Assembly (NCBI GenBank): GCA_963754255.1
Contig: CAVWEW010000005.1
Span: 77,020 to 141,019, forward strand
DNA from: an uncultured Actinomycetota bacterium
GTDB taxonomy: Bacteria > Actinomycetota > Acidimicrobiia > Acidimicrobiales > Bog-793
Direction of reading: 5' to 3'
DNA: 64,000 nt
Each line of letters starts with the position of its first letter. Positions within the stretch are counted from its first letter, which is position 1. Shown here one piece after another: positions 9,260 through 20,426 of the stretch. The notes beneath the pieces are model-generated. The model searched no databases. It was not told the DNA's origin and worked only from the letters and a program-made list of their open reading frames with translations. The translations under genes and the position numbers were made by a program.

Positions 9260-10831
9260 TCACTCCCACTCGATGGAGCCGGGCGGCTTGCTCGTGACGT
9301 CGAGCACCACCCGATTGACCTCCGGCACCTCGTTCGTGATCCGGGTGGAGATCCGCTCCAGGAGGTCGTAAGGCATCCTGCTCCAGTCCGCCGTCATGGC
9401 ATCCTGGCTGCTCACGGGACGCAGCACGATCGGATGACCGTAGGTGCGCTCGTCCCCCTGGACTCCGACCGATCGCACATCTGCCAGCAAGACGACAGGG
9501 AACTGCCATATGTCGCGGTCGAGGCCGGCCGCTGCCACTTCCTCTCTGACGATGGCGTCGGCCCGGCGCAGGATGCGGAGACGCTCGGCGGTCACCTCGC
9601 CGATGATCCGGATCGACAGGCCCGGCCCGGGGAAGGGATGGCGCCAGACGATGGACTCGGGCAGGCCGAGCTCCACCCCGAGCCGCCGCACCTCGTCCTT
9701 GAACAGCGCCCGGAGGGGCTCGATCAAGGAGAAGGAGATGTCGGCCGGCAGGCCGCCCACGTTGTGGTGGCTCTTGATGCTGTCGGTACCGCTTCCACCT
9801 CCGGACTCGACGACGTCAGGGTAGAGAGTCCCCTGCACGAGGAACTCGACGGGATCGTCGTCTCCCCCGCTCTCGATGACCTTCGCGGCGGCTTCCTCGA
9901 AGACCCTGATGAACTCCCGTCCGACGATCTTGCGCTTCGCCTCCGGGTCGCTCACGCCGGCGAGCGCCGAGAGGAACCGGTCCTCCGCCGGCTCGACCCA
10001 TAAGCGCACGCCTGTCGCCGCCACGAAGTCCTTTTCGACTTGCTCCCGCTCACCCTCCCTCAGCAGGCCGTGGTCGACGAAGACACAGGTCAGCTGGTCG
10101 CCGACGGCCTCCTGCACCAAAGCGGCGGCCACGGCGGAGTCAACGCCCCCCGACAGGGCACACAGCACGTGCCCCGAGCCCACGGTGCTCCTCACCTTCG
10201 CCACCGCCTCGGAGATGATGTTCGAGGTCGTCCACGTGGGGGCGATACCGGCTCCCTCGGCGAGGAAGCGGCCGATGGTCTCCTGCCCGTGGGCGGTGTG
10301 GACGACCTCAGGGTGCCACTGGACGCCGTAGAGGCGGGAGTCAGGTCGCTCGAATCCGGCCACGTGCGCCGCCTCGGATGAGGCGATCACATTGAAACCC
10401 GCCGGAGCCTCCACGACGGCATCACGGTGCGACATCCATACGAGCTGCTGATTGGGCTGTCCGGCCAGCAGCTCTGACTGCTCGCAGAGTGTGACTGCCG
10501 TCCGGCCGAACTCGGCCCCGCCAGTGCGAGCGACGGCACCCCCGAGGGCGAGAGCCATCATCTGGAAGCCGTAGCAGATGCCGAGGACGGGCACGCCGGC
10601 CGAGAAGAGCTCGGGCGAGATCGAGGGTGCCCCGGCGCTGTAGACACTGGCCGGGCCGCCGGAGAGGATGATCGCCGCCGGGTTGCGGGCGAGCATCTGC
10701 TCCACCGGCATCGTGTGCGGGACGATCTCGCTGTAGACCCGCGCTTCGCGGACACGGCGCGCGATGAGCTGGGCGTACTGCGCACCGAAGTCCACGACGA
10801 GCACGGTCGGCGCCTCCACCGGGTGCTCCAT
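9260..10831 (-). CDS. guaA: GMP synthase (glutamine-hydrolysing)
   Basis: [51 protein letters not shown]; leaderless-type CATACT 6 nt before ATG 10831. Confidence 0.98.
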   Translation of the reverse strand: MEHPVEAPTVLVVDFGAQYAQLIARRVREARVYSEIVPHTMPVEQMLARNPAAIILSGGPASVYSAGAPSISPELFSAGVPVLGICYGFQMMALALGGAVARTGGAEFGRTAVTLCEQSELLAGQPNQQLVWMSHRDAVVEAPAGFNVIASSEAAHVAGFERPDSRLYGVQWHPEVVHTAHGQETIGRFLAEGAGIAPTWTTSNIISEAVAKVRSTVGSGHVLCALSGGVDSAVAAALVQEAVGDQLTCVFVDHGLLREGEREQVEKDFVAATGVRLWVEPAEDRFLSALAGVSDPEAKRKIVGREFIRVFEEAAAKVIESGGDDDPVEFLVQGTLYPDVVESGGGSGTDSIKSHHNVGGLPADISFSLIEPLRALFKDEVRRLGVELGLPESIVWRHPFPGPGLSIRIIGEVTAERLRILRRADAIVREEVAAAGLDRDIWQFPVVLLADVRSVGVQGDERTYGHPIVLRPVSSQDAMTADWSRMPYDLLERISTRITNEVPEVNRVVLDVTSKPPGSIEWE

Positions 10832-11026
10832 CGGGGAAGTATGGCACCACGAGCCGGCGCGACCCGCGACCCGGCGGAGCGCCCGCACCGGGCGCCGCGA
10901 CTCCTACGCTGCCGACCGGCCGCCACCGGTCTGCATCATCCGTGAGCACCATGGCCCCGAGATAAGCTCGGCTTCTCCGGGCGGGATTGCCGTCCCTAGA
11001 CTTCGGAGTGATCGGGGAGCTCACGC

Positions 11027-11368
11027 GTGACCTGCGAGATGGCCGGCTCGAAGGCCTCGCGACACACCGACGGTTCCGGGGAGCAGACGGCTCTGGTCCT
11101 CTCGGGCGAGATCGACATGGCCGCGGCGCCTCTAGTCGCTGACCGTTTGGCTGAGTTGAGCGGCGTCGAGGGAGATCTCCTCATCGATGCCGCCCATCTG
11201 TCGTTCATAGACGTCGCCGGGTGCCGGGTGCTCATGCAGGCCGCCGATCGACTCACCGCCGGCAGGATCGTGGTGAGGCGGGCGCCGGCGTCGCTCGTGA
11301 GGGTCATGCGGGCGTGTGGTTGGACCGCTCACCCCCGACTGGTCTTACACCTCGATCCATCCGGGTAA
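11027..11368 (+). CDS. STAS-domain protein (anti-sigma factor antagonist-like)
   Basis: LSGEIDMAAAP, IDAAHLSFIDVAG; GGGGAG RBS. Confidence 0.8.
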   Translation: MTCEMAGSKASRHTDGSGEQTALVLSGEIDMAAAPLVADRLAELSGVEGDLLIDAAHLSFIDVAGCRVLMQAADRLTAGRIVVRRAPASLVRVMRACGWTAHPRLVLHLDPSG

Positions 11369-11378
11369 GACCCTCTCG

Positions 11379-11640
11379 ATGGTTACCGCCATAGTGCTCC
11401 TCACGGCGGAGCCGAATCGAGTCGCGTCACTGGGACAGGCTCTCGCCGACGTACCCGGTGTCGAGGTCGCCTACTCGGTCGCCGGCGACGAGGATCTCGG
11501 TCGCCATCGTGCGCGCTGCGGGCCACGATGCACTGGCGGAGCTCGTCACCGGGCGGATCGCCCCCCTCGAGGGCGTCATCAGGACGAGGACGCTCATCGC
11601 CTTCCGCGCCTACTCGAGCGCCGATCTGCGCAACATCTGA
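11379..11640 (+). CDS. Stand-alone Lrp/AsnC ligand-binding domain protein (frameshift near 11499)
   Basis: MVTAIVLL..VPGVEVAYSVAGDEDL joined to VAIVRA..IAPLEGVIRTRTLIAFRAYS. Confidence 0.85.
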
Positions 11641-11668
11641 TCGATCCGGCGGAGCGACCAACCTACTC

Positions 11669-12655
11669 ATGAGTGACCACGGCAAGACCGACCCGCCGGG
11701 CGTGCGCAGCGCCGACCGGGACGACGAGGCCGAGCCGTCTGGCTCGCCGGTCGCCAGCAGCGCCGGCCGTGGGGCGGGGGCCGAGCCGTCGGGCTCGCCG
11801 GCGGTGAGCATCGCCGCCCGCGGCGACGGGGCCGGGTCCGCCGGCGGGCTGGACCTCCCGCCGAGACCGCCCCCCGGTGCGGTGCCCCGCCGCCGTCTCC
11901 GTCCCCGGATCGACTACGAACTGCTCAGCTGCGGCCTCCACGGCCACGTGCTCGTGGGGACGGACGCGGCGAAAGTGAGGGCCGAGGACGCCAGGTTCGT
12001 GCGCGAGCTCGACGGCAAACGCTGGCACCTCTGCCTGCGGTGCGACGCCTGGGTCGTGCTGGATCCGCCCGCCGATCCGCAACGGGAGTACCCCCCCTCG
12101 CCTGCCGAGGTGCAGATGCCGCTCAAGGGGCGCCGGCTGCGGGACCGCTACGTCCTACGGCTCATCGTCATCGATCGGGTCGTGCACGTGGTCGCCCTCG
12201 GGCTGCTCACGGCGGCCATCTTCCTGTTCGCCCAGCACCGTACGTTTCTCCACCACGAGTACACGAAGGTCCTCGCCGCCCTGCAGGGCGGCGTGGGCGG
12301 TCCGGTCGGGACGGCACACTCGGGGATCCTGAAGGATCTGGACAGGTTGTTCGCCCTCAGCACGGCAAAGCTCTACCTCGTCGGGGTCGTCGCCGCCGCC
12401 TACACGGCGATGCTCGTAGCCGAGGCGGTCGGCCTGTGGAGAGCCAGGCGCTGGGCTGAGTACCTGACGTTCGTCGAGACCGGCCTGCTCGTCCCTTTCG
12501 AGATCTACGAGCTCACCTCCAGCATCACGGCCCTCAAGGTCCTCACGCTCGTGATCAACCTCGCCATCGTCCTCTACCTGCTTGTCGCCCACCGCCTGTT
12601 CGGCATCCGCGGCGGCAGGGCGGCCGCGCTGTCTGACTACGGGTCCGAAGGCTGA
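11669..12655 (+). CDS. DUF2127-like membrane protein with N-terminal Cys/His motif
   Basis: EAVGLWRARRWAEYLTFVETGLLVPFEIYEL; ELLSCGLHGH...CLRCDAW; low-complexity N-terminus with a duplicated AEPSGSP (11729-11750 and 11780-11801). Confidence 0.8.
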   Translation: MSDHGKTDPPGVRSADRDDEAEPSGSPVASSAGRGAGAEPSGSPAVSIAARGDGAGSAGGLDLPPRPPPGAVPRRRLRPRIDYELLSCGLHGHVLVGTDAAKVRAEDARFVRELDGKRWHLCLRCDAWVVLDPPADPQREYPPSPAEVQMPLKGRRLRDRYVLRLIVIDRVVHVVALGLLTAAIFLFAQHRTFLHHEYTKVLAALQGGVGGPVGTAHSGILKDLDRLFALSTAKLYLVGVVAAAYTAMLVAEAVGLWRARRWAEYLTFVETGLLVPFEIYELTSSITALKVLTLVINLAIVLYLLVAHRLFGIRGGRAAALSDYGSEG

Positions 12656-12706
12656 CCGCTTTCGGACGGCGCCGCCGGCACAGGCGATCGCCTCTCCGGA
12701 CGGCCT

Positions 12707-13945
12707 CTAGGTCACAGCCCCGGTCCGGGCGAAACGGTCGTCTACGTACTGCTTGGTCTCGATGACGGCCTCGAGTTGCTCGACTGCCTCGAAGACGTCC
12801 ACGTGTCGGAGGTACAGCGGGGAGAAGCCGAACCGGCACAGGTTGGGCGCCCGGAAGTCGCCGATCACGCCCCTCGATATGAGCGCCTGTATGACGGCAT
12901 AGCCGTCGGCATGCCGGAGCGAGACCTGCGAGCCCCGCCGCCCCTCGTCCCGGGGGGAGGCGAGCTCCAGCCCCGGCAGCTCCCTCTCTTCGAGCGAGGC
13001 GATGAACAGCTCGGTGAGGCTCACCGACTTCTGGCGGATCGCCTCCATCGACACGCCGTCGAATGCATCGAGCGCGGCGTCGAGGGCCGAGAGCCCCAGG
13101 ATCGCCGGTGTGGAGGTGACAAAGCCACGGATGCCGGCGGCGGCCCGGTACGTGGCATCGAAGTCAAAGGGGGTGGCGTGGCCGAGCCAACCAGGGAGCG
13201 GGTTCTCCACGAGCGCCTGCAGGTCTCGCCGGACATAGGCGAAGGCCGGCGCGCCGGGGCCGCCGTTCAGGTACTTGTAGCTGCACCCGACAGCCAAATC
13301 CAAGCCGGTCCGCTCGCAGTCGACGGTGACAGCGCCGGCGGAGTGACAGAGATCCCAGACGGCCAGTGCTCCGACGGAATGGGCCGCCCCCGTCAGACGG
13401 GCGATGTCGAAGAGCTCACCGGTGCGGAAGTCGACGTGGGTGAGCAGCAGAGCCGCCACCGCCGGATCGAGCGCCTTCTCGACGTCGCCCGGCGACACCG
13501 TCTGTACCTCGACGTCCCCGAGGAGCCGGGCGACCCCAGCCGCCGCGTAGAGGTCGCTCGGGAAGTTCGTGGCGCTCGTCAGGACCACTTGGCGACCGGG
13601 GCGGGCCCGGACCGCCGCCGCGAGCACCTTCACGAGGGCGATCGTCGTCGAGTCGATGACGACCACCTCCCCCTCGCGAGCACCTATGAGGTGGGCGATC
13701 TTGTCTCCGACCTGTTCTGGGAGCGACATCCACTGCTCCCAGCTGCCGACGAGGCCGCTGCCCCACTGCTCCGTCGCCACCTCGGCCAGGCGAGCCGGCA
13801 CGGAGCGCGGTAGGGCACCCAATGAGTTGCCGTCGAGGTAGACGATCCCGTCAGGAAGGACGAAACGTTCCCTGACATGAGCAAGCGGGTCGTCCCGGTC
13901 AAGCGCCTCACAGCGGGCCTGATCCCACACGCGTCCCGGTCTCAC
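12707..13945 (-). CDS. kynU: Kynureninase
   Basis: YLDGNSLG, NFPSDLY, WDLCHSAG, GCSYKYLNGGPG, RGSQVS, GDFR. Confidence 0.95.
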   Translation of the reverse strand: MRPGRVWDQARCEALDRDDPLAHVRERFVLPDGIVYLDGNSLGALPRSVPARLAEVATEQWGSGLVGSWEQWMSLPEQVGDKIAHLIGAREGEVVVIDSTTIALVKVLAAAVRARPGRQVVLTSATNFPSDLYAAAGVARLLGDVEVQTVSPGDVEKALDPAVAALLLTHVDFRTGELFDIARLTGAAHSVGALAVWDLCHSAGAVTVDCERTGLDLAVGCSYKYLNGGPGAPAFAYVRRDLQALVENPLPGWLGHATPFDFDATYRAAAGIRGFVTSTPAILGLSALDAALDAFDGVSMEAIRQKSVSLTELFIASLEERELPGLELASPRDEGRRGSQVSLRHADGYAVIQALISRGVIGDFRAPNLCRFGFSPLYLRHVDVFEAVEQLEAVIETKQYVDDRFARTGAVT

Positions 13946-14721
13946 AGCACTGACCTCACTTCCCAGAGCAGGGGGAAGAAACGCTCCCCGAGCGTCGTGT
14001 CAAGGTAAGCGACCCCGAGGCTCCCGCCGGTACCCGTGCGACGCCCGATCTGGCGGGCTGCCATCAGGGAGTGGTGGTGCCGCCAACGGGCGACGGCCTC
14101 GTCGTGGTCGACCATCAGCTCGAAGACCTGATGGAACGCCGCTCTGACCGGGTCCGCGTGCGCCCGGTAGATGGCCGCGATGGCCGCTCCGAGAGGCGAG
14201 TCCACGCCCGTGTGGGCGGCGCCGGTCTCCACGAAGCCGTGCCGGGCGAGGGCGCGACAGAGGGCGTCCCACAGGGTGGGCTCGTTCGCCCGCCGTCGGA
14301 GAGCCGCCCGCTGCTCATCACTGCGGAGGCTTGATTCGGCGTGCACAGGGGCCGTGCCTGAGCTCACTGCTTCGATCTCCCGGAACTGCGTGGACTGGAA
14401 GCCCGAGGCGGGCGCCAGCGGATCGCGGAATTCGAGAAACCCCTCCGGGCTCATCGTCTCGAGGACGCCCAGCTGGTGCAGCAGCAGCTCGTCGACCGCA
14501 ACGGCCCGCCGCAGCCGTGGGGCGGCGTTCCACGGCTCTCCGGCCAGGAGAAGAGAACGGGCCAGCTCCAGCTCGTGCAGGATGACCTTGAACCACAGCT
14601 CGTAGGCCTGATGGACGACGATGAAGAGCAACTCGTCGCCGGCGCCCTCCGAGAGAGGCTGCTGCAACCGGAGGAGATCGTCGATTCGCAGGTAGCTCGA
14701 GTAGTCGGTTCCTGTCACCAC
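13942..14721 (-). CDS. kynA: Tryptophan 2,3-dioxygenase
   Basis: YSSYLRIDDLLRLQ, DELLFIVVHQAYELWFK, ASGFQSTQFRE, GTGGSLGVAYL; 4-nt overlap with kynU. Confidence 0.95.
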   Translation of the reverse strand: MVTGTDYSSYLRIDDLLRLQQPLSEGAGDELLFIVVHQAYELWFKVILHELELARSLLLAGEPWNAAPRLRRAVAVDELLLHQLGVLETMSPEGFLEFRDPLAPASGFQSTQFREIEAVSSGTAPVHAESSLRSDEQRAALRRRANEPTLWDALCRALARHGFVETGAAHTGVDSPLGAAIAAIYRAHADPVRAAFHQVFELMVDHDEAVARWRHHHSLMAARQIGRRTGTGGSLGVAYLDTTLGERFFPLLWEVRSVL

Positions 14722-14761
14722 CGCCGGAATCTACATGGAGATGCCCGCGCCGGGCCTGACG

Positions 14762-16725
14762 TCAGGCCCCGCTCGCCCGAGCCCCTCCGCCGTGCTCCTG
14801 GGACGGGGCGACAACCGGGAGCGCCAGCACCCCGGGATCCGCGGCCGAGACCGTCACGCTCAACGCGTCCGGTATCCGCGAACCCATGTAGGCCTGGTCG
14901 GTTGCGGCTATCACGAGCTCGATTCGGTCCCCGGCCCCATAGCGGTGGGCGACGCCCGGGAGGGTGAGCTTGAACGTCCCCGACGAGGCGCCGAGCCGCG
15001 CCGGTGAGACGATCCGGTTGACGAGCGTGAGGCTCCCGCCGGGCGAGACGTCATAGATCTTCGTGTACACCGTCGCCTCTGTAAGAGGGGACAGGGAGGA
15101 CGCATCCGCCGCCGACAGTTTCACCGTCAGCTGTGGGATCCCGACCGAATCGATCGGCTCGGCGAGCGGCGCTGTCTCGAACGAGGCGAAGGTCCCGGGG
15201 GGATCGCTCGGGGGGATGGACGTGAACGGCGATGTGTCCTGAACGGCCGAGGTCTCCGAGTAGCTCGCCGGTTGACCGGCGGGCGGGTTCACGAACTGCT
15301 CGGCTTCCGGTCACGGCGTCCTGCCGGTTGCGCACGAGGGCCCCGTCGGCGGACAGGTACAGGTCGAGCACGGAGCCGACAGGCCAGCTGGCAGCCGTGC
15401 CGTAGGCAGGCTCGGCTGAGCCGTCAGGGTTGTACTCGACCCAGGGGCGGAAGTACTCCACCGCCGGACCGGTCGAGACGTCCTCGCCCTTCAGGTACTT
15501 GTCGAACCAGTCGAGGATGAGGAGCGTCTCGTAGCCCTGCGCCGTGGAGGTGTAGCTGACCTCGCCAGGCGCAGGCGTCAGGTCGCTGTGCCCCCAGCTC
15601 TGCAGGACGAGCTTCACGCGGTCGCCGACCGAGCGCAGCAGGTGCAGGTTCGCCACTGCCTCGTCGATGTTGAACAACGTGTCGTCCTCGCCCTGCATCA
15701 GCATGACCGGCACATGGACGTGCCGGTAGTAGGCGACGACGGAGTCGGAGCGAAGCATCGAATCCACGTCCGGCGTCGGATAGCCGGCGGCAACCGACTT
15801 GAGGAAGGCCGAGCAGATCGCCGGATCGAAGCCTGGGCACGTGGACGGCGGGAAAGGCGTCGTCGTGGGGTTTTCGAATGGCTCGCTCAGCCCGTCACCG
15901 AAGAAGAGCGAGGCCCACTCCCACTTGAGCACTCCGGGAGGACCCGCGCTCCAGTCGAAGGAAGTGGTGTCGTTGTTCGGGGCGAGGGAGTAGGCGAGGT
16001 CGTTCCAGGTGATGATGGGGACGATGGTGTCGATGCGCGGATCGATCGAGGCCGCCGCGAATTGCACCTCACCCCCGTACGAGCCGCCGATCATGCCCAC
16101 CCGGGGGTCGTCCGGTCCGTCCAGCTGCACCTCCGGCTGGTCGCCGAGGTAGGAGACGAGTTGCGAGGCCGCCTCACCGTCCCATGCCGGGTTGTCCAGC
16201 TCGATGTTGCATCCGCTCCCGCCAAAGCCGAGCCCCGAGTACGTCAGCACCACATATCCCTCACGGGCGGCGAACTCGGCGAGCGGCACCTGGTCCGTGT
16301 AGGAGCCCCCGAAACCGTTCGTCGTCAGGATCGCCGGATTCCGGCGTGGCGCCGGAGGCAGAGTCGGGAACGAACAATTCCCCGACGATCGAACAGGTCG
16401 TGGCGTCCTTCGGGCCGACCTGCACCGACCAATGGTCGATCACCGCAGACACACCCGCCTCGGCCGCGCCCGGCGATGTCGAGGTCACCTGCGCCGGTGG
16501 CGGCGCTCTGAACCCGCTCAGCGCCGCCGCACGAGCTGAGGCAACCGGTACCCCGCCGGGCAAGCCGGGGCCATGGGTCGCTGCGATGGGCCTCATGGAC
16601 CTGCCGGAGGTCGCCGCGGCCGCCGCGCCCCCGCCGGAAGCCACGGTGGCGGTTGCGGCCGAAGCGGTGAGAAGGGCCACTGAGGCGCCCGCCACCAGGA
16701 CGCGTCGCCAGGAAAGCTCAGGCAT
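14762..16725 (-). CDS. Secreted CocE/NonD (peptidase S15-like) alpha/beta hydrolase, frameshifts near 16340 and 15290
   Basis: Signal peptide in ORF 16261..16725; GGSYGG nucleophile, QGEDDTLF and WGHS in ORF 15051..16289; jelly-roll C-terminus in ORF 14762..15292. Confidence 0.8.
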
Positions 16726-16873
16726 GTCGGTGATGGTACCCCAGGGTTACCAGGTAGTAACCAGATTCCGTGACCGCCGCCCTGACCCACTCGTGAAGCG
16801 TCCCAGGTGGGCCCACAGGAGCCTTCGCCTGATTAACTCAGCACCGGCGATCTCTATGCGAAAGGGGCGTTCA

Positions 16874-17905
16874 ATGCGCGTCGGACTGCTCACTGGAGGG
16901 GGCGACTGCCCTGGCCTCAACCCGGCCATACGGGCGGTGGTGCGCAAATGCGAGGTGGGTTTTGGCGACGAGATCGTCGGCTTCCTCGACGGTTGGCGTG
17001 GCGTGCTCGAGGACGCCACGATGCAGCTGACGGTCGAGCGCTGCCGCGGGATCCTCCCCCGGGGGGGCACCATCCTCGGCACGTCCCGGACGAACCCGTT
17101 CCGGGTCGAGGGCGGTCCCGAACGCGCCATGGCCACCCTCGAGCGGCACGGGATCGATGCGCTCGTGGCTATCGGCGGTGAGGACACCCTCGGCGTGGCC
17201 AACCGCCTGGGTCAGGCGGGAGTGCCCGTGGTCGGCATTCCGAAGACGATCGACAACGATCTCTCCGCCACCGACGTCACGATCGGCTTCGACACGGCGG
17301 TGCAGATTGCCGCCGAGGCGATCGACCGCCTCCACACCACCGCCGAGTCGCACGACCGCGTCATAGTCTGCGAGGTGATGGGCCGGCACGTCGGCTGGAT
17401 CGCCACCTACGCCGGCATCGCCGGAGGCGCCACCGTGATCCTCGTGCCGGAGGAGCCGTTCTCGATCGAGGCGGTCTGCGACTACCTGCGCCACCGGCAC
17501 TCGTCGGGTCGCTACGCCTCCATCGTGGTGACCGCCGAGGGGGCGACGCCGGCGCTCGGCACGCTCTCGGTCGTAGCCCGGGAGCTGGACCAGTTCGGCC
17601 ACGAGCGCCTCGGGGGGATCGGCAATCTCGTGGCCGAGGAGGTGGAGGCCCGTACCGGCTACGAGTCGAGGGTCACCATCCTCGGTCACGTACAGCGAGG
17701 AGGGACGCCGAGTGCTTTCGACCGCGTGCTCGCCACCCGTTTCGGCACCGCCGCGGTGGACGCCGTGCACGATGGCGCCTGGCAGCAGATGGTGGCCATC
17801 CACGGGCCGCGGATCGAGCGAGTTCCCATCGCCGACGCCGTCGCCCAGCTGAAGGTGCTCGATCCTGAGCTGTTCGCCTCCGTGGCCGAGGTGTTCTTCG
17901 GCTGA
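16874..17905 (+). CDS. pfkA: 6-phosphofructokinase (group III, possibly PPi-dependent)
   Basis: LTGGGDCPGLN, GGEDT, PKTIDND, EVMGRH, LGHVQRGG. Confidence 0.95.
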   Translation: MRVGLLTGGGDCPGLNPAIRAVVRKCEVGFGDEIVGFLDGWRGVLEDATMQLTVERCRGILPRGGTILGTSRTNPFRVEGGPERAMATLERHGIDALVAIGGEDTLGVANRLGQAGVPVVGIPKTIDNDLSATDVTIGFDTAVQIAAEAIDRLHTTAESHDRVIVCEVMGRHVGWIATYAGIAGGATVILVPEEPFSIEAVCDYLRHRHSSGRYASIVVTAEGATPALGTLSVVARELDQFGHERLGGIGNLVAEEVEARTGYESRVTILGHVQRGGTPSAFDRVLATRFGTAAVDAVHDGAWQQMVAIHGPRIERVPIADAVAQLKVLDPELFASVAEVFFG

Positions 17906-17981
17906 GGCAGCGGAGCATCCGGCCAGGCTCTGGCCGCCTACTTGAATGGACTTATGTCTTCCCGGACGAGGTGGCCATCAT

Positions 17982-18842
17982 CTAACTCTTCATGACCTTG
18001 CCGGTGAGGTTGTAGACCTCACTTGCAGGCGGGGCCGTGACATGAAGCGGCGTGCCGAAGTCATAGAAGTCGATTGTCGTTGTCACAGTGCCGTCCGTGG
18101 TGGACGAGGTCGAGCTGCCGCTCGGGGACGGCAGGGGGACCTGTACGCGGAGCTGGCGAGCACGGCCCTGTGCGTCCATCCACACCTGCACCGGCAGCGT
18201 CGAGCGGTGAATCTCGAGCTCCAGCTTCTTGACCGCGGCCTGCACCTGGGCGCTCCTGTGTGCCACCGTCTTTGTCAGGTCGATGGTGACCTTGTACTCC
18301 GTGGTGGCCGTTCCCCGGATCACGGCCTGCCCGACCCTGCGCACTCCGTGGGTGGACACCGCCTGCAGATACGCGAGCGTCTGTGTGGGCATGCCAGAGG
18401 AGCCGGCCAGCTGCGAGAGGCTCACGCCCAACTTGTTGCGCAGCACGGTGTTGGTGTTCAGGCTCAACCATTCTTTGCCCCCCGGCAACTTTGACCGAAG
18501 GGCGGCAGGCACCTCGATGTACACCTCCGGTGAGATGACCCGGACGGTGAACGTACCGGCCTGCGGCACGGAGAGCGTCAGGTAGGCCATCTTTTTGTCG
18601 AAAGCCATCGCGCCGGAACCGGAGATGTTGATTTTCTCACCCGGGCTGCTCAGGCTCTCGACCATCGTCACCTTGGCCGTCTTGGCCGCAGTCGTCTTCG
18701 TGTAGGCCGTCAGAACCCCGAGGTTGGAGTCAGTTGGTCTTCCACCCGTGGCGGAAGGCTTTGAGCCCGCCGCGCTCCCGCAACCCGCCAATCCCACACA
18801 CAATCCTGCTGCTGTCAGTGCCATTCTCCGCCTCGCACTCAC
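17982..18842 (-). CDS. LppX/LprAFG-like lipoprotein
   Basis: Lipobox LAGC; GTATTEYKVTID, VQVWMDAQGR, DFYDFGTPLHVTAPP. Confidence 0.75.
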   Translation of the reverse strand: MSARRRMALTAAGLCVGLAGCGSAAGSKPSATGGRPTDSNLGVLTAYTKTTAAKTAKVTMVESLSSPGEKINISGSGAMAFDKKMAYLTLSVPQAGTFTVRVISPEVYIEVPAALRSKLPGGKEWLSLNTNTVLRNKLGVSLSQLAGSSGMPTQTLAYLQAVSTHGVRRVGQAVIRGTATTEYKVTIDLTKTVAHRSAQVQAAVKKLELEIHRSTLPVQVWMDAQGRARQLRVQVPLPSPSGSSTSSTTDGTVTTTIDFYDFGTPLHVTAPPASEVYNLTGKVMKS

Positions 18843-18971
18843 TGCAATCTCCCTTCGGGTAGTAAGCCCAGCTGTGATACCCGAAGACAGCCATCGCTAA
18901 AGACCGACGGCGCCACTCTCGCCGGTTGCGGCCGGGCCGGCAGGTGCACTGTCAACTGCGATACTGCCGGC

Positions 18972-19466
18972 GTGACGCGCAAGTCGCGTAAGACCGAGCG
19001 AGTGGACTTCACCCGCCACGACCTCACAAAGATCGTCGCGTCCATGGAGCAGCTGGCCGACGCCGGCGACGGATGGATCAACTTGATCGCCAGGTTCAGC
19101 GACGATGACGAAGCCCCCACCTCGCTCCGGTTCCTCACGTTGTTCGGCGGCGGTGGCACCGGGGTGACGATGTGCACCTGGATCCCCGGGAGCCACGATC
19201 GCCGAGGCCTGCAGCCGAGCCTCGGAATCACGCACGTCACCGGCCGGCGCGCCGTCGCTCAGCTTGATTCGCGAGCCGTTCCGATTCCTCAGAGCTGGAT
19301 CGTCGAACAGGATCACCCCCGTCGAGGGCTCGTCTTGCGCCTTCCTGCCGGCCAAGCCCATGAGGAGGTCCTCGCCTGGGCGCTGCACTCCGCCGGTGAG
19401 CTGAGCGGCCCTCGTCCCATCAGACGATGGCAGGCCGACATCTACCACCCACTTCCGCGGGTATAG
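18972..19466 (+). CDS. Hypothetical protein
   Basis: Protein-like composition (GWINL, WIVEQDHPRRGLVL); GATACT 6 nt before GTG suggests leaderless expression. Confidence 0.65.
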   Translation: MTRKSRKTERVDFTRHDLTKIVASMEQLADAGDGWINLIARFSDDDEAPTSLRFLTLFGGGGTGVTMCTWIPGSHDRRGLQPSLGITHVTGRRAVAQLDSRAVPIPQSWIVEQDHPRRGLVLRLPAGQAHEEVLAWALHSAGELSGPRPIRRWQADIYHPLPRV

Positions 19467-19482
19467 CTAAAGGCTCACTCGA

Positions 19483-20178
19483 CTACGAAGTAGGCGCTTC
19501 ATCCGGCAAGGAAAGCCCTGTGGGGCACGAGTCCGATGGGTTACTCAGTTGCACGCCGGTGTCACCGAGGCCGCAATAGCCCGACGGGTTCTTCGCCAGG
19601 TACTGCTGGTGGTAGTCCTCGGCGTAGTAGAAGGGGCCGCCGTCGGTGATCTCGGTGGTGATCTCGCCGTAGCCGGCGCTGTTCAACGCCGACTGAAAGC
19701 GATCGAGGATGGTCTTGGCCGCCGACAGCTGCTCATCGGAGTGGGTGAAGATCGCCGAGCGGTACTGCGTGCCGAGGTCATTCCCCTGCCGCATCCCCTG
19801 AGTAGGGTCATGGCCTTCGAAGAACACCTGCAGTAGTCGTTCGTAGCTCACCTTCGACGGGTCGAAGACGACGAGAACTGCCTCGGCATGCCCGGTCCGG
19901 CCGGAGCAGACTTCACCGTAGGTCGGATTCTCCGTAAAGCCGCCGGTGTAGCCGACGGCTGTCGTGTACACGCCTGGAATCTGCCAGAACGCCCGCTCGG
20001 CTCCCCAGAAGCACCCGAGGGCGAACGTGGCCACTTGGTATCCCTCCGGAAACGGTGGCGTGAGCGGGGTTCCGAGCACTTCGTGGCGCTCCGGCACAGG
20101 GAGCGGGGTCGTCCGGCCGGAGAGGGCCTCTTCCGGGCTGACCATCTGCTGCTTACGGGATTTGAACAACGACATCAT
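19483..20178 (-). CDS. msrA: Peptide-methionine (S)-S-oxide reductase
   Basis: [42 protein letters not shown]. Confidence 0.97.
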   Translation of the reverse strand: MMSLFKSRKQQMVSPEEALSGRTTPLPVPERHEVLGTPLTPPFPEGYQVATFALGCFWGAERAFWQIPGVYTTAVGYTGGFTENPTYGEVCSGRTGHAEAVLVVFDPSKVSYERLLQVFFEGHDPTQGMRQGNDLGTQYRSAIFTHSDEQLSAAKTILDRFQSALNSAGYGEITTEITDGGPFYYAEDYHQQYLAKNPSGYCGLGDTGVQLSNPSDSCPTGLSLPDEAPTS

Positions 20179-20426
20179 CTTCCCCACTTCCGGATCGTTT
20201 GCCTGTCAGTCTCGGCGCGAGGGGAGTTCGTTACAGGTGCGGGCCACGGTCAGCCTGACGGGCCGCCGGACGTCCTCGCCTACCTCACGGTACTGGAGGA
20301 ACAAGGCTCACGGTACTGGAGGCGAAAGCGTGCCAGCGCCCGCCAGGGCATAAGTCGTGACGCAAGACACCTCGACGCCGAGGAGCCGCCGCTGCTGCTC
20401 CATGGGCGCTGTTCGGGTGCCGGGCG

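Noticed and set aside
16184-16873. 230-aa N-terminal extension of PFK
   Set aside because: It overlaps the CocE gene on the opposite strand; PFK homology starts at MRVGLLTGGGD (16874), just after an AAAGGGG RBS.
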